Shown in pieces: positions 10,301-19,776 of a stretch of 64,000 bases of DNA. The first letter of the stretch is position 1; each line of letters starts with the position of its first letter. Made by a program: the position numbers and the translations under genes. The stretch is from Candidatus Sumerlaeaceae bacterium (GTDB lineage Bacteria; Sumerlaeota; Sumerlaeia; Sumerlaeales; Sumerlaeaceae): NCBI GenBank assembly GCA_049968255.1, contig JBMFRB010000001.1:333395-397394 (forward strand). Direction: 5' to 3'. The notes under the pieces were generated by a model that was not told the origin of the DNA, made no database searches, and saw only the letters and a list, made by a program, of their open reading frames with translations.

Positions 10301-11675
10301 GGGGGGAATGTTTGCAACTGGTCTTGGGAGCGCGAAAGATCTCAGTGTGCGGAGAAGTGCCGCGATGGTGTCCCCTTCGCGCGATGGTCAAACAACCGTC
10401 ACCATATCTCTCGACGTTTTCAACACTTCAGAAAAGCCAATCCGCGATGCTGTCTTCAATGTGACGGGCAACGGTTTCTCTGCGGAAAGTGACGCACTTT
10501 GCTTTCTGCCGCGAGAAAAGCGCGAGGTTGTGATCACCGGGCAGTCTGGCCCCGGAATAACTTCGGTGACTATCAGCGCGCGTTCCTACGGTTGCGAAAG
10601 AGATATCCCTCTCGAATTACCGGAACCAGTGGCGATTGTCGTGGGCGGCGAAGAAACATCGGCCCCGCTGCGAGTGGTGCCTGGATCTCTTCAGGTTCGG
10701 CACACAGCACAACCTTACTCGGCCGAATTATCGCTCACCGTGGCAAACGTGGGGAAAGCGAAGATCGCCAACCTGCGCGCAATGCTGGTAACAAGTCAGA
10801 CGCTGGTCCAAGAATCGCTCACAACTCTACCTCTCCTTTCGCCGGGTGAGAGCCGCCGTATCGAGCTACGGCGGACGTACATTGAATTTCCGGAACGCGA
10901 AGAGACCAACCTCGTGATCGAAGGCGAATCGGAAGAAAGCAGCCTACGCGTGTCGCTGCAAATGCCAGTGCTCTTAGGCAAAGAAGCGATGGCCGATCTC
11001 ATCATTCCCGAAGGCGGCATTATGCCCCATAAGGCACCGGTGGTCGAAGGCGAAACTGTATTTTTCCGCGTGGTGGTGGAAAACATCGGCAATTCGGTGG
11101 CGCGTAACGTCCGTGTGGATGGTTACGACGGCACAACGACGGGCGCGATGCCTTTGCAGTCGCGAGTGCTACGGCCTTATGAGCCTGTTGACATTGCTCC
11201 CCATGGACGGGCTGTTTTCACAGTTCGGTGGGATCCCACGCGCAACGCTGGAGTTCACGATTTTCTTTTCCGCACATGGTGCAGCAGCATTGATGCCGAA
11301 CGCCGCATGGATAACAATGAGCGGGTTGTGCGGATGAAAGTGCTAACAAAATCTCGATTACGTCCGTTGGGTGTATCCGTCCTTCCTCTTACGGAAGAAG
11401 ATCGCCAGAAGCGTCAACTTCGCCTGCTCGTGCGAATCGCCAATGATGGTGAAGGCCCCGCCCATGGCGTGCGGGTCGTCGTTTATGCGGACCGGCGCAC
11501 ACACGACCGAAACGCTGTCTTGGCTGACGATCTCATCGAGGCAATCCAAGGCAAGCAAGTCGTCGAGAGAAGCTTGACCTATCGTTTGAAGGAGGAAGAT
11601 CGAGGGCGACGGATCGAGCCGTGGTGCGAGGTTTTCCTCAAGGGATCCCTGCAGCGGGTGCCATGGCCGGAATGA
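7341..11675 (+). CDS. Secreted C25 (gingipain/PorU-like) cysteine peptidase with C-terminal CARDB/Ig-like domains
   Basis: Signal-peptide-like MIAHIVLGMAVALFW; GIYRITASDL...DPHHLRLFNNG; DYLIIA; YVLLVGDA; SDHWY; IGRL; catalytic YFGHGS and MTCNSG; LLGDP; CARDB-like VENIG...NNERVV. Confidence 0.85.
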   Translation: MIAHIVLGMAVALFWGIGRGYAANAAAKPVPAAEAHPLDQIPRDASLDEWLTEADGVIRGQLAEPKVKVKTLKATPQELRFEFSVAPEAAREGKIVIPLVVPRGEMTTAILERIDIDGKSTSEAATLGLIKVKAQELGYIRTFRVATFSLSFEPRGLGGCGLRGGVGTIMFVPPSPIRDLSAIKFWARNRVGIFRNLVQKLVANPSDVDRYIVVPEQAIPRAIAPISSPPPELEKSPFRMRIRVRTPGIYRITASDLESSGVVVTWLDPHHLRLFNNGHEVPMLLVRGANSDAATMQPDDLLLFYGAENTSRFSADNVYWLIYDESRSAQAMPRAPTAAPTEVCQSASTFLTKTVIEQDTKVLTRSDQFLSILGFRWIWHEIPTSGTFTSTFDLPGFQPTGRALATVMNVFVHDLGPATSVTICLRLNNGAVRRFPLASERDERKTFTIPEQEMRAQGNRFEIWLEVEDQKEGCTLPVAGTQAPEVYLDNFEIWYSRPYFVDTLPAEVMSPYREDTHTLRLMEYNVGLAKPQQRIFIFDVSGPTPQVVPTNIRETSSGQHILNFRVREDSPRRYMITTPEQALAIRFEPAPTSAVDLRSTATQADYLIIAYPDFVEPMKKFALRKEREGHKVLLVDTQTIYDQFAHGQETPEAIKRFIDYAARYYDAPAGQPPASYVLLVGDATSAYKNEFHNNVVNYVPSFTMSTDSPTGEQWASDHWYSRLFGTDDLADVFIGRLSVNNRKDLENILAKLEDYEKQRTQKAEWRSRVGFVADHTEFDAPTRRVAELMPPAYTITRLSLSEEPWEDNFYFPREVTESKKAKVSPEMTRKIRDLFNGGAAAILYFGHGSPNVWSTQRIWFGGDSENSDNLMLGNRDRLPVVLNMTCNSGAIDYPLPRWNVCISEDFLRVPNGGAIACYVPAGPGMASIHEIFSRELVRSLFAERMEPLGPALILATYRYLAEGNPPDLVRMFILLGDPSMQSAIEAKGGMFATGLGSAKDLSVRRSAAMVSPSRDGQTTVTISLDVFNTSEKPIRDAVFNVTGNGFSAESDALCFLPREKREVVITGQSGPGITSVTISARSYGCERDIPLELPEPVAIVVGGEETSAPLRVVPGSLQVRHTAQPYSAELSLTVANVGKAKIANLRAMLVTSQTLVQESLTTLPLLSPGESRRIELRRTYIEFPEREETNLVIEGESEESSLRVSLQMPVLLGKEAMADLIIPEGGIMPHKAPVVEGETVFFRVVVENIGNSVARNVRVDGYDGTTTGAMPLQSRVLRPYEPVDIAPHGRAVFTVRWDPTRNAGVHDFLFRTWCSSIDAERRMDNNERVVRMKVLTKSRLRPLGVSVLPLTEEDRQKRQLRLLVRIANDGEGPAHGVRVVVYADRRTHDRNAVLADDLIEAIQGKQVVERSLTYRLKEEDRGRRIEPWCEVFLKGSLQRVPWPE

Positions 11676-12379
11676 TTGGCGCGACACAAACGGGCGGGCT
11701 TGCCCTGGGACTGAGATTTGAGCGGTCCATGCTTGAGAGCGCCATCGTCAAAGAGCTCAAGCGAGGCCACACTGCCTTGTCTCCCGACGTGTGGCTCGTT
11801 CGGATCAACAACGAATTGGCTGTGTGGAAAGATTACGGTCGCCGAGGAGCTCTTGGGCGAGCGTGGGGTCGTTACGTAATCCATCGCGAGACGCGTGCTT
11901 TGGAGATTTTGTCGGATGTCGAGGGTGTTCCGCATCTGCTTGGCCGAGTGGGCACGACAGGTCTCGTGATGTCGTTTTGCAGTGGCACTATTGTGCCGCG
12001 TCGAGGGATTCGGCAATTTTTGCAGCCGGAGTTTTTTGACCGGGCAAGCACACTACTTCACGAAATCCATCGGTGCGGAGTGGCTCACGCCGACATTCGG
12101 AGAAAAAACATTCTTGTGCGACCTGATGGATCGCCTGCGCTCATTGATTTCCAGACAGCTGTGCTGCGCGGTGAATCGTGGTGGCGCAGCTGGTTGTTTG
12201 CTTTTTTCTGTCGCGTAGACGAATGGAATCTTCTGCGGATCAAAGCGAAATCGTTCCCACACTTTCTGACGGAAGAGGAACAGCGCAAGCTTGCATGCCC
12301 TCCATTTTGGCTTCGCGTGGGGCGTTTTTTGCGCCGCGATCTTTACAGACGCGTGAAGCCCAAAACTCGCGAACAATGA
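11672..12379 (+). CDS. Atypical kinase of the RIO/Kdo (LPS kinase) type
   Basis: AVWKDY, RE..AL, HADIRRKNIL catalytic loop, LIDFQTA; ATGA overlap with the upstream stop. Confidence 0.75.
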   Translation: MIGATQTGGLALGLRFERSMLESAIVKELKRGHTALSPDVWLVRINNELAVWKDYGRRGALGRAWGRYVIHRETRALEILSDVEGVPHLLGRVGTTGLVMSFCSGTIVPRRGIRQFLQPEFFDRASTLLHEIHRCGVAHADIRRKNILVRPDGSPALIDFQTAVLRGESWWRSWLFAFFCRVDEWNLLRIKAKSFPHFLTEEEQRKLACPPFWLRVGRFLRRDLYRRVKPKTREQ

Positions 12380-12390
12380 CACGCACTGCG

Positions 12391-14241
12391 TCACTTCACC
12401 ACGTTGTTGCGCCAGATTTGCGGTTTTGGCCGACAACCACACGTGGCTTTTTTCAGCTGCTGCAACCGTGCACCGATTTCGGTGATGCATTTTTCCCATT
12501 CGCCGCCATCTGGCTCATTCGGATAAAGAGCCCGACAGAGCTCTTTGAGTTTTTCGACCTCACGCACCACTGCGGCGCGTTCGAGCCGGGAGGCAACGTT
12601 CTCAAGCGCTTCGGAAGTGATAAATTCCATTGGCTCCATTTCCTCGACGGCAAGTGCTCGCAGGAACTGAGCATCCTCGCTATCGGGCTCCGGACAAAGC
12701 TCCCAAAGATCACTCCACGAGACGGAAAGCCCGTCGAGCAGACGATCACGGCAAAGTGCGTACCATTTTTTCACCATAGGATGGGTGAGCCACTCAGGAG
12801 GTACAAGCTGGAGGATGCTGAACTGCAGGTCCTCATTCTCGATGCACAACCGCAGCAAATAGCGCTCCTGCTTGGGGGCTGCTGGAAATTCAGGCACCGG
12901 CAGCGTTTGAGATGTCGCTGGATTTGCGGCGCGTGCGCTTTTTGCGAGTTCGCGCCGGAGGGCTGCTTCATTGGTGCCTAGGATCTGAGCTGTTCGCGCA
13001 AGGTAAGATTGGAGAGCGATGGCGTTGGTAACTTTGCTGAGAATCGGGCGAAGAAAATTGAACGCCTGCACCTTTCCTTGCACCGTGTGAACGCCGAATT
13101 GCGCGATGGCAGTGTCGAGGAAAAACTCGTAAAAATCACGGGCAGCATCGAGCTGCCTCTGAAATGCCTCTGTCCCAAACTCGAGCAAGAACGAGTCCGG
13201 ATCATGATTGTCGGGGAGCACGACAACGTTGATCGAAAACTCGTGCTCGAGCAGCACTTCGCATCCGCGCAACATGGCCTTTTGGCCAGCCTCATCGCCG
13301 TCGTAGACGAAAACGACACTATCGCAAAGCCGTCGAAGGGTCCGCACGTGATCAGGGGTAAGTGCCGTCCCACACGTGGCCACCGTATTGGTAAAGCCGT
13401 GCTGGTGCGCGCGAATGACATCAAAATACCCTTCGACCAGAATGGCTGTGCCCTGGCGCGCGATTGTCTCTTTCGCAAGGTGAAAACCGTAGAGGTACTG
13501 CCCCTTCTTGTAGAGGTCCGTTTCTGGGGAATTGATGTATTTGGGCTGGTCGGTGCCAGCATCCGGAAGGTACACACGGGCGCCGAAGGCCACAGGCCGT
13601 CCCAAGTTATCGCATATAGGAAAAATGAGCCGGCTTCTGAAGCGATCATAGAAACTGCCTTTCTCGGGATGGCGCAGAACGACACCCGCGGCTACAGCTT
13701 GGTCGGGATGGTAGCCCGCGTGACGAAGATGATCAAGAAGAGTGGTCCAATCCTCTGATGCCAAGCCGAGACGGAACTTGGCAATCGAGTCCGGATCAAG
13801 AGCGCGTCGCGCAAGGTAGATGCTGATGGGATGATTGGGGACCAGGAGCGTCTTTGAAAGTATTTTGCTAAATAATTGACATGATAATTCGTTTATTTCG
13901 TAAAGAGTTCTTCGGGCGTCCTTGTCTGGCTGCTGGCCTTCGCGTCGAAATTCAGGCATTCGGACGCCGTAGCGCTCGGCAAGCAGGCGCACAGCATCTT
14001 TCCACTCAATATGCTCGACAAGCTCGATAAACCGGAAAACGTCGCCACCAGCATGACAGCCGAAGCAGTGGAAGATTTGTTTGGGCTGGCTGACCATGAA
14101 CGACGGGGTTTTTTCACGGTGGAAGGGGCAGAGCCCTTTCCAGTTTGAACCCGTACGCCGGAGCTTCACATAGCCGTTGATGACATCAACGATGTCAATC
14201 CGGTCTTTGAGTTCATTGGCGAAAGCGACGAGCGTACCCAT
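12391..14241 (-). CDS. dnaG: DNA primase
   Basis: CPFHREKTPSF...CFGC zinc finger, YDRFRSRLIFPI, KYINSPET, TOPRIM VEGYFD and YDGDEAG, DPD. Confidence 0.98.
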   Translation of the reverse strand: MGTLVAFANELKDRIDIVDVINGYVKLRRTGSNWKGLCPFHREKTPSFMVSQPKQIFHCFGCHAGGDVFRFIELVEHIEWKDAVRLLAERYGVRMPEFRREGQQPDKDARRTLYEINELSCQLFSKILSKTLLVPNHPISIYLARRALDPDSIAKFRLGLASEDWTTLLDHLRHAGYHPDQAVAAGVVLRHPEKGSFYDRFRSRLIFPICDNLGRPVAFGARVYLPDAGTDQPKYINSPETDLYKKGQYLYGFHLAKETIARQGTAILVEGYFDVIRAHQHGFTNTVATCGTALTPDHVRTLRRLCDSVVFVYDGDEAGQKAMLRGCEVLLEHEFSINVVVLPDNHDPDSFLLEFGTEAFQRQLDAARDFYEFFLDTAIAQFGVHTVQGKVQAFNFLRPILSKVTNAIALQSYLARTAQILGTNEAALRRELAKSARAANPATSQTLPVPEFPAAPKQERYLLRLCIENEDLQFSILQLVPPEWLTHPMVKKWYALCRDRLLDGLSVSWSDLWELCPEPDSEDAQFLRALAVEEMEPMEFITSEALENVASRLERAAVVREVEKLKELCRALYPNEPDGGEWEKCITEIGARLQQLKKATCGCRPKPQIWRNNVVK

Positions 14242-14484
14242 GCACTAGCCTCAATTTCCATGCGTCGCAGGAATGGGAAGCGACGTCACGGGCAAAAAAC
14301 TACACCCGCCGTTGTTTTTGCCGCTCCTGGTCTTTTATTCGCCCCTGCGGGGGTATCTCCGAGCTTTGATCGCTGATTTCGGCAGGGCTCGTTTTTACGC
14401 AGGCAGGCACAGCCGTCGGTGCGTCGCCTTGTGCGGGGTCGAAGCTTACTCCTGAGCAAGGACGTCGGTCTGACGGGGATGGCA

Positions 14485-14525
14485 CAAGAACAAGAAACGG
14501 TGAAGGAGCGGAGGCTCCTTCACCG
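14485..14525 (-). terminator. Intrinsic terminator after the HU gene
   Basis: Perfect 12-bp stem CGGTGAAGGAGC/GCTCCTTCACCG (14498-14525) with a 4-nt loop, followed on the minus strand by TTTCTTGTTCTTG. Confidence 0.8.
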
Positions 14526-14548
14526 GTGTAGGAAAGCGAGCACAGAGC

Positions 14549-14827
14549 TTACAGCATCTCTTTAAAGCTCGAAGCCGGCTTGAACGAAACGGTCTTACTG
14601 GCTTTGATTTTGATTTCTTCGCCAGTTTGGGGATTGCGACCAGTGCGGGCCTTACGTGTTTTCACACTGAAGGTTCCGAAGCCAGGCATTTGGAACTTCT
14701 TCTCCTTCTTAACGGCCTTCATGATCTCATCGAAAGCGGCCTCGATGATGTCCTTTACCGCTGCCTTGCTCAACTCATGCTTGACGCACTTCTTGGCTAC
14801 GGCGTCGATGAGTTCCTGCTTCTTCAT
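14549..14827 (-). CDS. hup: Histone-like DNA-binding protein HU
   Basis: MKKQELIDAVA...GFGTF...RKARTGRNPQTGEEIKI; start trimmed to the ATG at 14827 after an AAAGGAG RBS. Confidence 0.95.
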   Translation of the reverse strand: MKKQELIDAVAKKCVKHELSKAAVKDIIEAAFDEIMKAVKKEKKFQMPGFGTFSVKTRKARTGRNPQTGEEIKIKASKTVSFKPASSFKEML

Positions 14828-14935
14828 AACGACTCCTTTCCTCAAGACTGAGCTTGGGTGGTCGAATGCTCGACCACTTCTATGGTTCGTACTTTTGCGG
14901 ATTAGAGTGAGAACGTCAGATCGGTCAACCGAAAA

Positions 14936-15775
14936 GTGCCAGAGCATGCAAAAAAACTTACGGGTGCACCAGCCTCAGAAAACGCAAAACTTCGGCTAGA
15001 TGCGTTAGTTGTGGAGCGGGGTCTGGCCGAAAGCCGGGAACAGGCCCAGCGGCTTATCATGGCTGGGCGCCTTGTCCACCCCCTAGGCAAGCCCCTGAAG
15101 CCAGGCATGAAGGTCCCCAAGGATTTCCCCCTTGAGCTTTTAGAAGTGGAAAAATTCGTCAGCCGGGGCGGTTATAAGTTGGAGGCTGCACTTGATCGCT
15201 TCGGTATTGTGGTACAAGGTCGGGTTTGCGCCGACGTTGGCGCTTCGACCGGCGGATTCACGGATTGCCTGCTACAGCGGGGAGCGAAGCTTGTCTATGC
15301 GGTGGACGTCGGGGACTCGACACTCCACCGGCGATTGCGGGGGGATGGGCGCGTACGCGTGCTGGACCATACGAACGCGCGCCACCTGAACCCGGCGATT
15401 TTTACTGAGTTGCCTTCGTTTGTCGCCGTGGACGTTTCGTTTATATCTGTTACCAAGATCCTCCCAGCTGTGAGGCGCTGCGTCGCGGCGGAAGGACAAT
15501 GTGTTGCTCTGATCAAGCCGCAGTTCGAAGCTACGCGTGAAGAAGTCTCGCGCGGACGTGGCGTGATTCGCGAGCCTGCAGTGCATAAAAGGATTTTGGA
15601 GCAGCTCCTCAGAGACATGCCGTTGCTGGGTTGGCACGCAGTCGGATTAATGGTCTCACCGATTCTTGGTGGGCAAGGCAACCGGGAATATCTCGCATGG
15701 CTCGAGCCAGGTAAGGGAACGGCGGAAGGAATTGACGTTGACCGCTTAGTGCATGAGGCATTCTTGATTCGGTGA
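14936..15775 (+). CDS. tlyA: TlyA family rRNA methyltransferase
   Basis: S4-like RLDALVVERGLAESR, FVSRGGYKL, DVGASTGGFTD, DVSFIS, LIKPQFE. Confidence 0.95.
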   Translation: MPEHAKKLTGAPASENAKLRLDALVVERGLAESREQAQRLIMAGRLVHPLGKPLKPGMKVPKDFPLELLEVEKFVSRGGYKLEAALDRFGIVVQGRVCADVGASTGGFTDCLLQRGAKLVYAVDVGDSTLHRRLRGDGRVRVLDHTNARHLNPAIFTELPSFVAVDVSFISVTKILPAVRRCVAAEGQCVALIKPQFEATREEVSRGRGVIREPAVHKRILEQLLRDMPLLGWHAVGLMVSPILGGQGNREYLAWLEPGKGTAEGIDVDRLVHEAFLIR

Positions 15776-16728
15776 GCAAGACGTTGTCCGGGGAGAATTC
15801 GATGAGTTCAGAAAAAATTGTGGTGATCGCCCATGCGTTGAAGTCCGAAGCATCCGCTGTGCTGCGAAACCTGCGTAAGTGGGCTGCAGGCAAGGGTTAT
15901 GACGTCGTCACAAATCTTGCGGAAGGCATAGAGCCGGGAAGCAGCGCGAGCCGGACGCAAGATATGTTACTCCCTGACGAGGAGTTGACGCAACGTTTCC
16001 AGGGCGCGCGGTGTGCAATCACGCTGGGTGGTGATGGAACGCTTCTCTACGCAGCGCATCTCGTCGCCCCGCTTGGAATTCCCGTGTTGGCAGTGCATCT
16101 GGGCAGCCTTGGCTTTCATACGCAGGTTGAAACGGCGCGGTTGCACGCATGCCTGGACAGCTTTTTGCGCGGCGAGTGCCGAATTGAGCATCGCATGCTT
16201 CTGCAGGTCATTGTAGAGACAAACGGCGGAGCGGGCACGGCCGAGCATCGCCGGAGCGAATTGCTGGCCCTGAATGACGTCGTGGTTTCGAAGAGCGCCT
16301 GGGGACGAATGGTTCATCTGCGGATTCACGTGGACGATCGGCCGGCGAGCGACCTTTATGCCGATGGTTTACTTATTGCGACGCCGACGGGCTCCTCCGC
16401 TTATAATTATGCAGCGCGAGGCCCAGTGTTAGAACCGCGAATGGAGGCCATTGTGGTAAACGCCATATGCCCGCATCGCATCAATTTTTCCCCGGTGGTG
16501 CTGGAAAAGGATCACGTCATCAAGGTTGAGTTTCATCCGCGCAAGCCAAGCGAGGAAGCACAGCTTTTGGTGGACGGCCGTCCATGGGGCACCGTGAGTC
16601 ACCTCGACATTCTAAAGATTTGTAGGGCGCCAGTGTACCTTCGATTGGTTGTGTTCGAAGACCGATTCTTTGAGAAACTGCGCGAGAAACTTGCGTGGGG
16701 AGGCCTATTCTGGAAAGCCGCTTCATGA
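15772..16728 (+). CDS. nadK: NAD(+) kinase
   Basis: LGGDGTLL, LGSLGF, ALNDVVV, DGLLIATPTGSSAY; follows tlyA as usual. Confidence 0.95.
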   Translation: MSKTLSGENSMSSEKIVVIAHALKSEASAVLRNLRKWAAGKGYDVVTNLAEGIEPGSSASRTQDMLLPDEELTQRFQGARCAITLGGDGTLLYAAHLVAPLGIPVLAVHLGSLGFHTQVETARLHACLDSFLRGECRIEHRMLLQVIVETNGGAGTAEHRRSELLALNDVVVSKSAWGRMVHLRIHVDDRPASDLYADGLLIATPTGSSAYNYAARGPVLEPRMEAIVVNAICPHRINFSPVVLEKDHVIKVEFHPRKPSEEAQLLVDGRPWGTVSHLDILKICRAPVYLRLVVFEDRFFEKLREKLAWGGLFWKAAS

Positions 16729-19373
16729 AACTCATTTTCTCTCTTTGGTGCATAGCTTGGTTGGCGGCCAGCTGCGACGCGGCAATGGCTGCATCGCCAG
16801 AGGAACTACTCAGCACGGCTACGGCGCGACGAACGGAGGCAACGACGCCAAGCTTCGACAAGAGTGGTATCGGAAATCTCCCTCATCCGCGCGCCGAATT
16901 CTCCTCGAGTTCGGTGCAGTTGGGCCGACGAGGCATTCAGATGCTCGAAGCCATTGGCTGGCTGCCAGACGATTTTTTTCTGTTCTTCGAGCGCCCCAAT
17001 TACTCCCCTGAAGAACAAAAAACACTTTTAGTCCGGCGTCACTACTGGATGGGGCAATTCTTTCTCGAGCGCGACGAATATGCGCACGCTCAGGGGGAAT
17101 TCCGTGCAGCGCTAGAACTCGATCCTTCAAACTTGCACGTGAAACTGGGACTTGCTGATGCACTAATTGGTGCGCAGCAATTTGACGAAGCCGAGAAAAC
17201 ACTCGAAGAAGCTCTGGCAACAAATCCCGATAACGAGCGCGTGCTGATCTTGCGCGCGCAGTTGTTTATAAGTCGTGCGGAAGCTGCAGGCTCGCGCAAG
17301 GATCAGGACAAGTGGCTCGACAAAGCTGTGGAAGCGCTTGAAAAGGCAAAGAGCGTTCAGCCACGTAATCTTGATGTGCTCAAGGAGCTCGTCGCTGTCT
17401 ACACGGCCAAGCGCGATATTGATCGCCTCATTGGGACTTACCGTGAGATCATCACGGCGAACCCAAAAGATACCTACTCGCTATTTGTGTTAGCAAACTT
17501 GCTTGCGAAGCGGGGGCAACGCGAAGAGGCCGCGAAACTCTATGAGAAGGTGATTGAGCAGCGCCGCAGCTTCGTGAACGCTTACGTTTACCTTGGGCTG
17601 CTGCAGGAAGAGATGGGGCAAACGGCGCAGGCCATTGACACGTACAAGCGCGCATTATTAATTGATCCGAGGAACGTTCAACTTCAGCGAATATTTGAAG
17701 CGCTCCTTGTGCGGGCGACTCAGGGGAGGGGCGCAAGCAAGCTTCTGGAAGAGTACGAAAAATTCGCTAGGGAATATCCCTACTCGACCGACATTCAACT
17801 GCTCTATGCCGATCACTTGCGACAGGAAAAACAGACAACGGCGGCGATTGCCCAGTACAGACGGGTGCTCGAGCTGGATCTCGAGAATGTAGATGCGCTG
17901 ATCGCGCTGGCCAACCTTTTGGCGCAGAACGGCAACTACGACGAGGCAGGCGAGTATTACTCCCGTGCGATGGAGGTGGCTCCGGACCGCACCGAGATTT
18001 ACGAGGCCATGGCCACGACATTTGCGAACGTTAAGGATCGGGGGCGCGCTATTGATGTCCTGAAGAAAGCTCTGCGCTTCAACCCCAAGATTCCCCTTCT
18101 TTACGTAAATGTCGCTTCTCTCTTGGAGCAAGAGAAGAAGATCGACGAAGCGAAGAAGATTCTGGAGGAGGGCATTCGCAAGGTGGGCGAGCGCCCGGAG
18201 TTTTACGTGGCGCTTGGCGAGATTGCCGAACACCAAAAGAGCTATGAGGACGCCATAACATATTTTCAAAAGGCTTGCGAGCTTGATCCCACGAACCGCT
18301 TGCTCCTTGCGCGTTTTTTCAAATTGCTCGCGGACCAAAAGCGTTGGGACGATATCGAAGCACGAGCCCAGCAGCTCGTGGAAAAATTCGGCGATAAGGC
18401 AGAGCTCTTTAGCATTGTCGGCGAGACTTTTCTTTACGAGGGCGAACTAGACCGTGCGGCGCAGTGGTTCGAGAAAGCTCTTGCGGAAGCACCTGATCGC
18501 TTCCCGATCTATGGACGCCTTGTGCAAATCTACAATGTGAGGGACGCCCACGAAAAGGCTTTTGCCATCATCGAGCGGGCCCAGAAGCGCTTTCCGGACA
18601 ATCCTGACGTGCAACGAATGCTGGCCGACACCTATGTGGATGCCAAGCAGTTCGACAAAGCAATCCCCATCTATCAGAAGCTTGTGGAAAAAGACCTGAA
18701 GAGGCTCGATGGGTATCGCTTGCTGGTAGACGCGTTGAACAAGGCAGGACGCTACGCGGAAGCGCTCGAGGTTGTGGACCGCGCCGAGGCTGTTCTCGGC
18801 AAGAACGAGGAAACGCGGCTGATGCGCGCAATTGCTCTGTACAATCAAAAACGTTATGAGGCCGCAGAAGGCGTCCTCAAAGAGATGTTACGCACACGCG
18901 GGAAAAATCGCGACGTTGTGTATTACCTGCTGGGTTCGATTGCTATCGAGCTAAAGCGCTACGATGCGGCAGAATCCGCGCTGAAAAAAGCGATCGAGAT
19001 CAACCCGCTCAATGACAGTGCTCTCAACGCCCTTGGTTACATGTATGCGGACCTGGGCAAGAAATTAAAAGACGCGCAGGAACTTATTAGCAAAGCCTTG
19101 GACATTAACCCCAATGCGCCACATATTCTCGACAGTATGGGTTGGGTTTATTTCCGTCAGGGAAAACTTGACCAGGCACGCGAGTACGTGGAAAAGGCGT
19201 GGAAGCTGATGGGCGATGATCCCGAGATTTTGAAACACCTCGGCGATATTTATTTCCGGCTTGGTGAGCGAGATAAGGCTGTCGAGTTCTGGAAGAAATC
19301 ATTGCTGCTCGACACCTCGCAGCGGGATGTACGAGCAAAAATTGCCGACTACGAAAAGAAGTCTAAGCCATAA
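16725..19373 (+). CDS. Large exported tetratricopeptide-repeat protein
   Basis: Hydrophobic N-terminus, many TPR units, C-terminal ALNALGYMYAD...DSMGWVYFRQG; ATGA overlap with nadK. Confidence 0.9.
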   Translation: MKLIFSLWCIAWLAASCDAAMAASPEELLSTATARRTEATTPSFDKSGIGNLPHPRAEFSSSSVQLGRRGIQMLEAIGWLPDDFFLFFERPNYSPEEQKTLLVRRHYWMGQFFLERDEYAHAQGEFRAALELDPSNLHVKLGLADALIGAQQFDEAEKTLEEALATNPDNERVLILRAQLFISRAEAAGSRKDQDKWLDKAVEALEKAKSVQPRNLDVLKELVAVYTAKRDIDRLIGTYREIITANPKDTYSLFVLANLLAKRGQREEAAKLYEKVIEQRRSFVNAYVYLGLLQEEMGQTAQAIDTYKRALLIDPRNVQLQRIFEALLVRATQGRGASKLLEEYEKFAREYPYSTDIQLLYADHLRQEKQTTAAIAQYRRVLELDLENVDALIALANLLAQNGNYDEAGEYYSRAMEVAPDRTEIYEAMATTFANVKDRGRAIDVLKKALRFNPKIPLLYVNVASLLEQEKKIDEAKKILEEGIRKVGERPEFYVALGEIAEHQKSYEDAITYFQKACELDPTNRLLLARFFKLLADQKRWDDIEARAQQLVEKFGDKAELFSIVGETFLYEGELDRAAQWFEKALAEAPDRFPIYGRLVQIYNVRDAHEKAFAIIERAQKRFPDNPDVQRMLADTYVDAKQFDKAIPIYQKLVEKDLKRLDGYRLLVDALNKAGRYAEALEVVDRAEAVLGKNEETRLMRAIALYNQKRYEAAEGVLKEMLRTRGKNRDVVYYLLGSIAIELKRYDAAESALKKAIEINPLNDSALNALGYMYADLGKKLKDAQELISKALDINPNAPHILDSMGWVYFRQGKLDQAREYVEKAWKLMGDDPEILKHLGDIYFRLGERDKAVEFWKKSLLLDTSQRDVRAKIADYEKKSKP

Positions 19374-19385
19374 AAGGGCGTTACG

Positions 19386-19712
19386 ATGGCCAAGAAGAAG
19401 CAGTCCAGGCAGGCGCCGCCTCCAGCACCTGTAGCGGAAAGCAAACGAGCTGGCCAGCCGCAAAAGGAACGGCGTGCGGCGGCTGGCACTGGCGAGCCGT
19501 TGAGGTTCCGCGATTACGTCCTACTCAACGTTTACTTTGATGCTTTTTGCATCGTGCAGCTTGTGCTGGCGCGATTATTTATCCGCGAAACGCGCGGACT
19601 CTATTTCTTCTTCGGCATGCTGATTATAGGCTTCCTCCTCGTGAGTCTATTCGACTACTGCTACGACAGTTTTTTGGCACAAAAAAGGGCTCAGGAAACT
19701 GCTGGCTCGTGA
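19386..19712 (+). CDS. Small membrane protein of unknown function
   Basis: Basic N-terminus then two hydrophobic segments; lies in the operon between the TPR gene and aroA. Confidence 0.65.
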   Translation: MAKKKQSRQAPPPAPVAESKRAGQPQKERRAAAGTGEPLRFRDYVLLNVYFDAFCIVQLVLARLFIRETRGLYFFFGMLIIGFLLVSLFDYCYDSFLAQKRAQETAGS

Positions 19713-19776
19713 TGTACAGCTGCGTTATCGAACATTGCCACAAGCGACAGAGAAGAGGCCGTAGCCCCCATCCATC

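Noticed and set aside
14300-14485. 61-aa ORF between hup and dnaG
   Set aside because: Starts immediately after a terminator, no RBS or motif; not rpsU; more likely the dnaG promoter region
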